Origin: Gammaproteobacteria bacterium
GTDB taxonomy: Bacteria > Pseudomonadota > Gammaproteobacteria > Eutrophobiales > Eutrophobiaceae
NCBI GenBank assembly: GCA_963422205.2
Contig: CAXMWX010000005.1
Coordinates: 640,001 to 704,000 of the forward strand
Direction: 5' to 3'
DNA: 64,000 bases
This document shows positions 11,098 to 21,600 of the stretch, one piece after another. Position 1 is the stretch's first letter; each line of letters begins with the position of its first letter. The position numbers and the translations under genes were made by a program. The notes under the pieces were generated by a model. It saw only the letters and a program-made list of their open reading frames with translations, had not been told where the DNA came from and made no database searches.

Positions 11098-12461
11098 ATG
11101 CTGGAGATAAAAGAGACTCCTTATTGCTATGAAGAATCCCAACAGTCTGGATTCCAAGAACTGGCCGACAGGGTTCAACACCTAAGAGACAGCGGAGAAC
11201 TGTCACCGGACAGCCTTTATCGGATCCGCCGTTTCTTCCGAATGAAGAATATCTACCATTCAAACGCCATTGAAGGCAACCTGCTGGATGTGGGTGAAAC
11301 CCGGCAGGTGGTTGAACACGGATTAACCCTCGCCGGCAAGCCGTTAAAAGACCAGGCAGAAGCGCGCAATCTCTCTGATGCCATCGATTTTCTGGAGGAT
11401 CTGGCGGCAGGGGACAGCCCGATCACAGAGCATGATCTCCGGCAAATTCACCATCTGGTTTTGAAGGGAATCAACGATGAGGAGGCTGGAAGCTACCGCA
11501 AAGTGCCGGTTGAAATCTCAGGGTCTGACTACACGCCTCCTCGACCTGAGTCGATCCCGATTGAGATGGCAGCGCTGTCCTCCTGGCTTGCAGATGTGAG
11601 CATAGCGGGCGATGACTATGCTACTCTGAAAGGTCTCCTGGTAGCCGCCGCTGCCCATACCTGGTTCGTTACCACTCATCCTTTTATTGATGGTAATGGC
11701 CGGGTTGCGCGGCTGCTGATGAATCTGTTGCTGATGAGATACGGCTTTCCTATCGGGATCATCACCAAGGAAGACCGGCTTCGCTACTACGATGCGCTGG
11801 AGGAGTCACAAGCCTCGGACTTGACCGCATTTTTAATCCTGCTCGCCGAGTGCATTCACGAAAGCCTGGAGGAGTATGAAAAGGCGGCGGCAGAGCAGCA
11901 GGAACAGACCGAATGGGCGGCATCTCTCGCCCAAAAATTCACCGAGCCAGAACGTGTTCATGCGTACAATGCGTATGAAATCTGGCGCGACGCCATGAAC
12001 GTCCTGAAAAGTTACTTCCGCCAGACGGCCACTACCTTGAACGAGCAAGCAGACTTCGGAAAGATATATTTCAAGGACTTCGGGCAGCTGGAATTTGAGA
12101 AATACGCCATGCTTTGTGCAGGAAAATCGGCAAAAAAACCTGGTTTCTCCGGGTTGATTTCATACGGGGGGATCGCACCGCCCGCTATCTTCTGTTCTTT
12201 GGCTATGGCAGCCATCACTTAAAGAGCAAATGTAAAGTCACCCTGTGGGTAGCCCGGGAGGAACCCGCCGGATCGTTTTACTACGAGCCTACCGACAGGA
12301 TCACCGCCCCCAATGTGCCCGCACTTGCCGAAGTCGGTTATGACATAGCCGGGGAGTGTTTCATAGCCAGAAACATCGATAACAACACATCCAGCCGCCC
12401 TGTGGAGACCATAGGCAGAACATTCTTTGAGGAGATTGTCGCCAGGCATTTCTCCAACTAG
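11098..12461 (+). CDS. Class II Fic-domain protein with uncharacterised C-terminal domain (frameshift at A7 run 12132-12138)
   Basis: Inhibitory motif SNAIEGN and catalytic HPFIDGNGRVAR. Adding one A joins ORF 11098-12222 to the 12114-12461 frame (SAKKTWFLRVDF...), giving about 454 aa. Confidence 0.85.
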
Positions 12462-12528
12462 AAACTGCTTGCTGGATTGAGTTTCACCACCACCCTCATC
12501 CAGTACGCCTGTAGCACCAACAGGTCTG

Positions 12529-12557
12529 CTTGAAACGGCCTGGCATCAGCCTCATAT
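12529..12557 (+). promoter_or_regulatory. Sigma32 (RpoH) heat-shock promoter of clpB
   Basis: CTTGAAA-14 bp-CCTCATAT against consensus CTTGAAA-N13/14-CCCCATNT, 31 bp upstream of the clpB ATG. Confidence 0.8.
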
Positions 12558-12588
12558 AGCAGTTATTCAACGCAATTTGATTCAGGCG

Positions 12589-15162
<2,574 letters not shown>

Positions 15163-15325
15163 GTAATTTTTATATAATTCAGGCAGTTAAATGCCATGCC
15201 CTTCACCGGGCCACCACCCCGGGCGGCCTGATGATGCGCCCATATACAAGCAAAAGCTGATCTGTAAGCCACATCAGCACCAGAGAATAACCACCCTGAT
15301 CTGCTGCAAAAGCCGAATAAAGTGT

Positions 15326-15346
15326 TGGTATAATCTGCAATATAAT
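15326..15346 (+). promoter_or_regulatory. Putative extended -10 promoter(s) for pilBCD
   Basis: TGGTATAAT (perfect TGn-TATAAT, 15326-15334) plus a second TATAAT at 15341-15346. Confidence 0.5.
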
Positions 15347-15388
15347 CTACCATCTGATCCGGGCAATACATTTTAAGGATCATCTGCC

Positions 15389-17110
15389 ATGTCTGTTTCA
15401 CAGAAAAAAATCCGCCTGACCGGGCTGGCCCGGAAACTTGTCATTGATGGCTTGCTGGAAGAAGCGGCAGCGGTGCAGCATTTCCAGAAATCACTCGCCA
15501 AAAAAACCTCGTTTGTCTCGTATCTGGTTGATAACAAACTGGTCGACAGTGCCGCCATCGCCATCGCCGCCGCCCAGGATTTTGGTATGCCGGTGCTGGA
15601 TATTAACTCCGTTGAGCTGGATCTTGATATCATCAAGCTGGTCAAAGAAGACCTGCTGAGAAAACAGCACGCCCTGCCCATATTCCAGCGTGGCAAACGC
15701 CTGTACATTGCCGTGTCTGATCCGACTAACTTACAAGCCCTGGATGAGATTAAATTCGCCACCGGTATGAACACCGAGGCGGTGCTGGTGGAAGAGGACA
15801 AACTGAAAAGCTGCATTGATAAAGCAGCAGAGCAGATGGACAGTGGTCTGGGGGGCATGGAAGATGATGAATTTGGGGAAATGGATGATCTGGAGGTGGC
15901 AGAAGAGGCCGGTCCCGATGCCAGCGATGATGCCGATGTTGATGATGCGCCGGTGGTTAAATTCGTCAACAAATGCCTGCTGGATGCCATCAAGAAAGGG
16001 GCCTCTGATCTGCATTTCGAACCCTATGAGAAGGTGTATCGGGTCCGGTTCCGCATTGATGGTGTGTTGCAGGAAATCGCCAAGCCGCCCACTGCCCTGG
16101 CGGGCAAGATCGCTGCCCGTATCAAAGTCATGTCACGGCTGGATGTCTCAGAAAGGCGGGTCCCCCAGGATGGCCGTATCAAGCTGAAGCTGTCCAAGAC
16201 CAAGTCCATGGATTTTCGCGTCAACACCTGCCCGACCCTGTTTGGCGAGAAGGCGTGTTTGCGTATCTTGAACTCCGATGCAGCCGCCCTGCAAATCGAC
16301 CAGCTAGGCTATGAGGACTTTCAGAAAAAGCTGTTCCTGGATAACCTGCACAAGCCCTATGGCATGTTTCTGGTGACCGGCCCCACCGGTAGCGGCAAGA
16401 CCGTCTCTTTATATACCGGCATCAATATCTTAAATCAGGAAGATATCAATATCTCCACGGCGGAAGACCCGGTGGAGATCAACTTGCCCGGCGTCAATCA
16501 GGTACAGGTGGATGAGCGTACCGGCATGTCGTTTGACAAGGCATTAAAGGCGTTTTTGCGCCAGGACCCGGATATTATTTTGGTGGGTGAGATTCGCGAT
16601 CTGGGCACCGGTGCGATAGCCGTTAAAGCAGCACAGACCGGCCACATGGTGATGTCCACTCTGCATACCAACGACTGCCCACAGACCTTGACCCGTTTGC
16701 AGGACATGGGAATCGCTGCCTTTGCTGTCGCAACGGCGATTAACCTGATCACGGCACAGCGCCTGTGTCGGCGTCTGCATCCTGAATATAAAGAGGCGCT
16801 GGATATTGATGATAAATCGCTCTTAAAAGAGGGCTTCTCGCAGGAGTTGATTGATGAGGGCGTCACGCTGTACGGGCCGGTGACCGGCAATGAAGATTGC
16901 CCCAGTGGCTATAAGGGTCGGGCCGGCATCTACCAGGTCATGCCCATCTCCGATGCCATGAAACGCCTCATCATTGAAGGGGCGAATGCCGTGCAACTGG
17001 CCGACCAGGCAGGCAAAGAGGGGATCTGGGATATTCGCCGTTCCGGATTGGCAAAAGCGATGCAGGGCGTGACCAGCCTTGCTGAAGTGAACCGAGTAAC
17101 CGTGGAGTAG
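15389..17110 (+). CDS. pilB: Type IV-A pilus assembly ATPase PilB
   Basis: ASDLHFEPYE, ERRVPQDGR, Walker A GPTGSGKT, TAEDPVE, LRQDPD, TGHMVMSTLHTND. Confidence 0.96.
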   Translation: MSVSQKKIRLTGLARKLVIDGLLEEAAAVQHFQKSLAKKTSFVSYLVDNKLVDSAAIAIAAAQDFGMPVLDINSVELDLDIIKLVKEDLLRKQHALPIFQRGKRLYIAVSDPTNLQALDEIKFATGMNTEAVLVEEDKLKSCIDKAAEQMDSGLGGMEDDEFGEMDDLEVAEEAGPDASDDADVDDAPVVKFVNKCLLDAIKKGASDLHFEPYEKVYRVRFRIDGVLQEIAKPPTALAGKIAARIKVMSRLDVSERRVPQDGRIKLKLSKTKSMDFRVNTCPTLFGEKACLRILNSDAAALQIDQLGYEDFQKKLFLDNLHKPYGMFLVTGPTGSGKTVSLYTGINILNQEDINISTAEDPVEINLPGVNQVQVDERTGMSFDKALKAFLRQDPDIILVGEIRDLGTGAIAVKAAQTGHMVMSTLHTNDCPQTLTRLQDMGIAAFAVATAINLITAQRLCRRLHPEYKEALDIDDKSLLKEGFSQELIDEGVTLYGPVTGNEDCPSGYKGRAGIYQVMPISDAMKRLIIEGANAVQLADQAGKEGIWDIRRSGLAKAMQGVTSLAEVNRVTVE

Positions 17111-17114
17111 AACA

Positions 17115-18335
17115 ATGGCACAAGCGGCTAAAGATCAGATGTTTGTATGGGAAGGTACGGATAAGAGCGGAAAGAAAGTCAAGGGTGAGATAGCCGGGCA
17201 GAGTGATGCCCTGGTCAAGGCCCTGCTACGAAGACAAGGCGTCAACCCATCCAGGGTCAAGAAAAAACCCAAGCCGTTGCTTGGCGGCGGTGGCAATAAA
17301 AAAATCACCACCAAAGACATTACGATTTTCGCCCGCCAGCTGGCCACCATGATGTCATCGGGTGTGCCACTGGTGCAATCGTTTGACATTGTCGGTCGGG
17401 GTCATGAAAACCAGGGGATGCAGGAATTGATCTTGACGATCAAGGCAGACGTTGAGGCGGGCAGCACCTTAACAGAAGCCCTGTCCAAGCATCCGCTGTA
17501 TTTCAACGAGTTGTTCGTCAACCTGGTGGGGGCGGGCGAGCAAGCCGGTATTCTGGAATCCATTCTGCACAAGCTGGCGATTTATCTTGAGAAAACCGAA
17601 TCACTAAAGGCCAAGATCAAAAAAGCCATGTTCTACCCCATTGCGGTTATCGTGGTTGCCTTTATCATCACCACCATCTTGATGATCTTCGTGGTGCCGC
17701 AGTTTGCCGAGTTGTTTGAAGGCTTTGGCTCGGCCCTGCCAGCACCCACGCAGTTTGTGGTGAATGTCTCCGAATTCTTCCAGTCTTACTGGTACATCAT
17801 GGTGGCGGCAGCCTATGTTGGCGTCAAGGGCACGACTGAACTGAAAAGGCGCTCAAAGCCGTTTGCCCATGCGATTGATCGTTACTCTCTCAAGGCGCCG
17901 GTGGTCGGAGATATTCTGAACAAATCAGCCATCGCCCGTTTTGCCCGTACCTTATCCACCATGTTCGCTGCGGGTACACCGCTGGTCGAGTCCCTCGTAT
18001 CTGTGGCCGGTGCTTGCGGCAATATTGTGTACTACGATGCCACCATGAAGATGCGTGATGATGTCTCCACTGGTACACAACTTCAGACCTCCATGCGTGA
18101 GTCTGGCCTGTTTCCCAATATGGTCGTGCAGATGGTGCAGATTGGCGAGGAGGCCGGCTCGCTCGATCAGATGCTGGGCAAGGTGGCCGACTTCTATGAT
18201 GAGGAGGTGGATAATGCGGTTGATGCACTGACCAGCCTGCTGGAGCCGATCATCATGGCCTTTTTGGGTGTTGTCATTGGTGGCCTGGTGGTTGCCATGT
18301 ACCTGCCTATCTTCAAAATGGGCGATGCCTTGTAA
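17115..18335 (+). CDS. pilC: Type IV pilus platform protein PilC
   Basis: F.WEG.D..GKKVKGE, RQLATMMSSGVPL, IGEEAGSLD.ML.KVA, AMYLPIF. Confidence 0.95.
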   Translation: MAQAAKDQMFVWEGTDKSGKKVKGEIAGQSDALVKALLRRQGVNPSRVKKKPKPLLGGGGNKKITTKDITIFARQLATMMSSGVPLVQSFDIVGRGHENQGMQELILTIKADVEAGSTLTEALSKHPLYFNELFVNLVGAGEQAGILESILHKLAIYLEKTESLKAKIKKAMFYPIAVIVVAFIITTILMIFVVPQFAELFEGFGSALPAPTQFVVNVSEFFQSYWYIMVAAAYVGVKGTTELKRRSKPFAHAIDRYSLKAPVVGDILNKSAIARFARTLSTMFAAGTPLVESLVSVAGACGNIVYYDATMKMRDDVSTGTQLQTSMRESGLFPNMVVQMVQIGEEAGSLDQMLGKVADFYDEEVDNAVDALTSLLEPIIMAFLGVVIGGLVVAMYLPIFKMGDAL

Positions 18336-18367
18336 GTCATAATTTTTTTCGGGCAGCAATCTACCAT

Positions 18368-18403
18368 CAGGCAGCCCAGATCACACCTGATCTGGGCTGC
18401 CTG
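18368..18403. repeat. Perfect 16-bp inverted repeat between pilC and pilD
   Basis: CAGGCAGCCCAGATCA-cacc-TGATCTGGGCTGCCTG; no U-tract on either side. Confidence 0.85.
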
Positions 18404-18432
18404 TCCCTGCCACTTCACCTCAGCCCTGATCC

Positions 18433-19317
18433 ATGCAGTTCATTGAATTGCTACAAAGCTCCCCTGGATTTTTCTATGTGGCGGTTGGCCTGCTTGGATT
18501 GGTTATCGGCAGTTTCTTGAATGTCGTCATTGTGCGCCTGCCGGTGATGATGGAGAGAGACTGGCGCCGTGATTGTTGCAGCTTCCTGAAAATTGACGAC
18601 AACAACCAAGACCAGGATGAGCGGTTTAACCTGTTGCACCCTCCGTCACAATGCCCGGTTTGTCACCAGCCCATTGCTCTGTTGGAGAACATCCCCCTGC
18701 TCAGTTATTTTTTTCTTGCTGGCAAGTGTGCAACATGCCAGGCCAGCATCTCTTTACGTTATCCCCTGGTGGAGTTACTGACTTGCCTGCTGACATTGGT
18801 GGTTGCCTTGCACTTCGGGGCGAGGGTGGAGACACTTTTTGCGTGCCTGCTGGTGTGGGCCTTGATCGCATTAAGCTTCATCGACCTTGACAAACAGCTA
18901 TTGCCTGATGAGATCACCTTGCCACTCTTATGGTCAGGTATCCTCTGCAACCTGTTCGGGATATTCGAGCAAACCCTGAAGGTGAATCTCCACACCAGCA
19001 TCATCGGCTGTATCATCGGCTACCTTATCTTATGGGGTGTGTTTCATGTATTCCGGATCATCACCGGCAAGGAAGGCATGGGCTACGGCGACTTCAAACT
19101 GCTGGCCGCACTGGGGGCCTGGTTAGGCTGGCCGTATATCCCTGGCATCATCTTGTTGTCCTCTGCCACTGGTGCGCTTGTTGGCATCGCCATGATCCTC
19201 TGCCGTCATCACACACGAGAAACACCCATCCCCTTCGGCCCGTACCTTGCGCTTGCCGGTTTTATCAACCTCATCTGGGGACCGAAGATTCTGTCTTTGA
19301 CCGTCAACCTGTCATGA
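18433..19317 (+). CDS. pilD: Prepilin peptidase/N-methyltransferase PilD
   Basis: GSFLNVVI.RLP, two CxxC motifs, FIDLDKQLLPD, GMGYGDFKL, PFGPYLA. Confidence 0.95.
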   Translation: MQFIELLQSSPGFFYVAVGLLGLVIGSFLNVVIVRLPVMMERDWRRDCCSFLKIDDNNQDQDERFNLLHPPSQCPVCHQPIALLENIPLLSYFFLAGKCATCQASISLRYPLVELLTCLLTLVVALHFGARVETLFACLLVWALIALSFIDLDKQLLPDEITLPLLWSGILCNLFGIFEQTLKVNLHTSIIGCIIGYLILWGVFHVFRIITGKEGMGYGDFKLLAALGAWLGWPYIPGIILLSSATGALVGIAMILCRHHTRETPIPFGPYLALAGFINLIWGPKILSLTVNLS

Positions 19318-19916
19318 CCGGCTTGCTGAAAGTTGGACTCACGGGCGGTATCGGCAGCGGCAAAACGACTGTCACCGCCTTGTTCGCTGATTGCGGTGCG
19401 CCCTGTATTGATGCCGATCGAATATCACACGCCGTCACCGAGCCAGACCAGCCCGGTTATGATGGTATCATCGCCTTATTCGGCACCGGCGTCATAGCCG
19501 CTGATGGACGCCTGGACAGACGCAAGATAAGAGACATTGTTTTTCGTGATGATGTGCTGAAGACCAAGTTGGAAAACGTGATTCATCCCCTGGTCAAGGC
19601 CGCCATTGGCGAGTTGACAGGACAAGTGAAATACAAATACTGCATAATCAGCATCCCGCTGTTACTGGAAACAGAGACCAGCGCCGAGGTGGATCGGGTG
19701 CTGGTGGTCGATCTGCCCGAGGACTTGCAGATACTGCGTGCCTGCAACAGAGATAATGCAACAACACAAAGCATAAAAAATATTATCAAGGCGCAAATAC
19801 CCAGAGAGCAACGCCTGACGAGCGCCGATGATGTGATACACAATACCAGGGATTTCAGCTTTCTTAGGCAACAGGTGGAAGTTCTGCACGAGAAATATCT
19901 TCAGTTAGCTGAATGA
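19314..19916 (+). CDS. coaE: Dephospho-CoA kinase
   Basis: ATGA overlap with the pilD stop; VGLTGGIGSGKTT, IDAD, LDR, IHP, IPLL.E. Confidence 0.95.
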   Translation: MTGLLKVGLTGGIGSGKTTVTALFADCGAPCIDADRISHAVTEPDQPGYDGIIALFGTGVIAADGRLDRRKIRDIVFRDDVLKTKLENVIHPLVKAAIGELTGQVKYKYCIISIPLLLETETSAEVDRVLVVDLPEDLQILRACNRDNATTQSIKNIIKAQIPREQRLTSADDVIHNTRDFSFLRQQVEVLHEKYLQLAE

Positions 19917-19950
19917 AGAGATATAGCCAGGCATACATGATCTGGATGTT

Positions 19951-20358
19951 TTATCTGGATGTATGCAACATGGAATCAATGATCTTCATATTGCCGCTCA
20001 GCATATTGACAGACAAGAGTTGCTCCGGCCTGACCCATTTAATCGGCTGATTTTCCCTGGCAGCTAACTCACCCTGCCATAGACTTACCTGATGAACATA
20101 AAGCCTGACCTGCTCATACCCGTGATCATCATAGTCATAATCATATTCAAGTAAGGGTGTGCATTTAATCACCTCAATATTAATCTCTTCCAGCAATTCC
20201 CTCCTAAGCGCGGCCACAGCATCTTCATGTGTTTCTATCTTGCCACCGGGGAATTCCCAGTAGCTCGATCGATCCCGGCCCCCGGGTCGTTGTGCGATCA
20301 AGATTTCCTGGCCATCCGGGCTGTAAATAACGCCAACCGCTACCTTAATCCGGCCCAT
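19951..20358 (-). CDS. mutT: 8-oxo-dGTP diphosphatase MutT (Nudix)
   Basis: Nudix box WEFPGGKIE...ALRRELLEE; follows secA-argJ. An alternative TTG start lies at 20367. Confidence 0.85.
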   Translation of the reverse strand: MGRIKVAVGVIYSPDGQEILIAQRPGGRDRSSYWEFPGGKIETHEDAVAALRRELLEEINIEVIKCTPLLEYDYDYDDHGYEQVRLYVHQVSLWQGELAARENQPIKWVRPEQLLSVNMLSGNMKIIDSMLHTSR

Positions 20359-20369
20359 CAGGAACAAGA

Positions 20370-21578
20370 CTAGGTGCGGTAGGCGGCATTGATCGTGACA
20401 TATTCATGAGAGAAATCGCATGTCCATACATGATAGTCCGCACTGCCCCGGTTTAACTCGACTGTTATGGTGATATCTTCTGTCTGCATGATTCTCTGCC
20501 CCTGTTGTTCAGTGTAATGATGACAGCGGCCACCATTTTCAACAACACAGATCTCACCCAGGTAGATCCGTACCCGGTCAATGGCAAGATCGCTGATATC
20601 CGCTCTGCCAACAACGGCAAGAAGGCGTCCCCAGTTCGGATCAGAGGCATACAAAGCGGTTTTAACCAACGGCGAGCTGGCCAGTAGGAAGGCCAGATTT
20701 TTGCATTCCAACGCAGACTTGCCAGCAGTCACCTTCACAGTGACAAACTTGGTGGCCCCCTCTGCATCTTTGATAATCGCCCGGGCCAGTGCCCGGCAGA
20801 CATGCTCGATGGCATCTGCAAAGGATTGACAGGCGGGATGCGATGGCTGGATTTCGGTATTGGTCGCTCGCCGGGTGGCCGTCAATATACAGGCATCATT
20901 GGTTGAGGTATCACCATCCACACAAATCCGATTAAATGTGTTAGCCACACTTTGTGCCAATACCGCATCCAGACATGTCGGTGCAACAACAGCATCCGTA
21001 CAGATAAAGGCCAGCATCGTTGCCATATCGGGTTTTATCATGCCGGCCCCTTTTGCAATCCCGGATATCGTCACGGTTTGCCCGTCGATTTCCAACTGCC
21101 TGCTGCAATATTTCGCCTGGGTATCCGTGGTCATGATGGCATGAGCAGAGGCCAGCCAGTTATCCTCGCTCAATCCCTTAACTAAAGTCTTCAACTGGGC
21201 AATGATGTTATCTGTCGGCAGATATTCGCCGATGACCCCGGTAGAGAATGGCAGCACAGCATCAACATCTGTATCCACCAAATCAGCCAGCACCTGGCAG
21301 ATCTGTCTTGCATCATCCAGGCCCTTATCACCGGTACCAGCATTGGCATTACCGGCATTGATCAACAAATAGCGAGGGGACGATCGGCTTATCCTGTCTC
21401 TGGCGATAATCACCGGGGCTGCCAGGAATTTATTTTTGGTGAAAACTGCTGAGGAGATTGATGTGGGTGCAAACTCAAATAATGCCAGATCATGACGCCG
21501 GTGATCATACATGCCGGCAGTGGCAGCGGCTAACCTGACCCCGTGAACAGGCAAGCACAGATCATCCGCCAGGCTCAT
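20370..21578 (-). CDS. argJ: Ornithine acetyltransferase / N-acetylglutamate synthase ArgJ
   Basis: NAGNANAGTG, STGVIG, IMTTDT, KGAGMIKPDMATML (autocleavage Thr), DGDTSTND, DPNWGR. Confidence 0.96.
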   Translation of the reverse strand: MSLADDLCLPVHGVRLAAATAGMYDHRRHDLALFEFAPTSISSAVFTKNKFLAAPVIIARDRISRSSPRYLLINAGNANAGTGDKGLDDARQICQVLADLVDTDVDAVLPFSTGVIGEYLPTDNIIAQLKTLVKGLSEDNWLASAHAIMTTDTQAKYCSRQLEIDGQTVTISGIAKGAGMIKPDMATMLAFICTDAVVAPTCLDAVLAQSVANTFNRICVDGDTSTNDACILTATRRATNTEIQPSHPACQSFADAIEHVCRALARAIIKDAEGATKFVTVKVTAGKSALECKNLAFLLASSPLVKTALYASDPNWGRLLAVVGRADISDLAIDRVRIYLGEICVVENGGRCHHYTEQQGQRIMQTEDITITVELNRGSADYHVWTCDFSHEYVTINAAYRT

Positions 21579-21600
21579 GGGGTTGATGCTGTATGCAGGA

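Noticed and set aside
15326-15339. Possible sigma54 promoter TGGTATAATCTGC before pilB
   Set aside because: GG-to-GC spacing is 8 bp rather than 10; it fits an extended -10 better.
18930-19313. Apparent 128-aa N-terminal extension of CoaE
   Set aside because: Lies inside pilD in another frame; the true start is the ATGA overlap at 19314.
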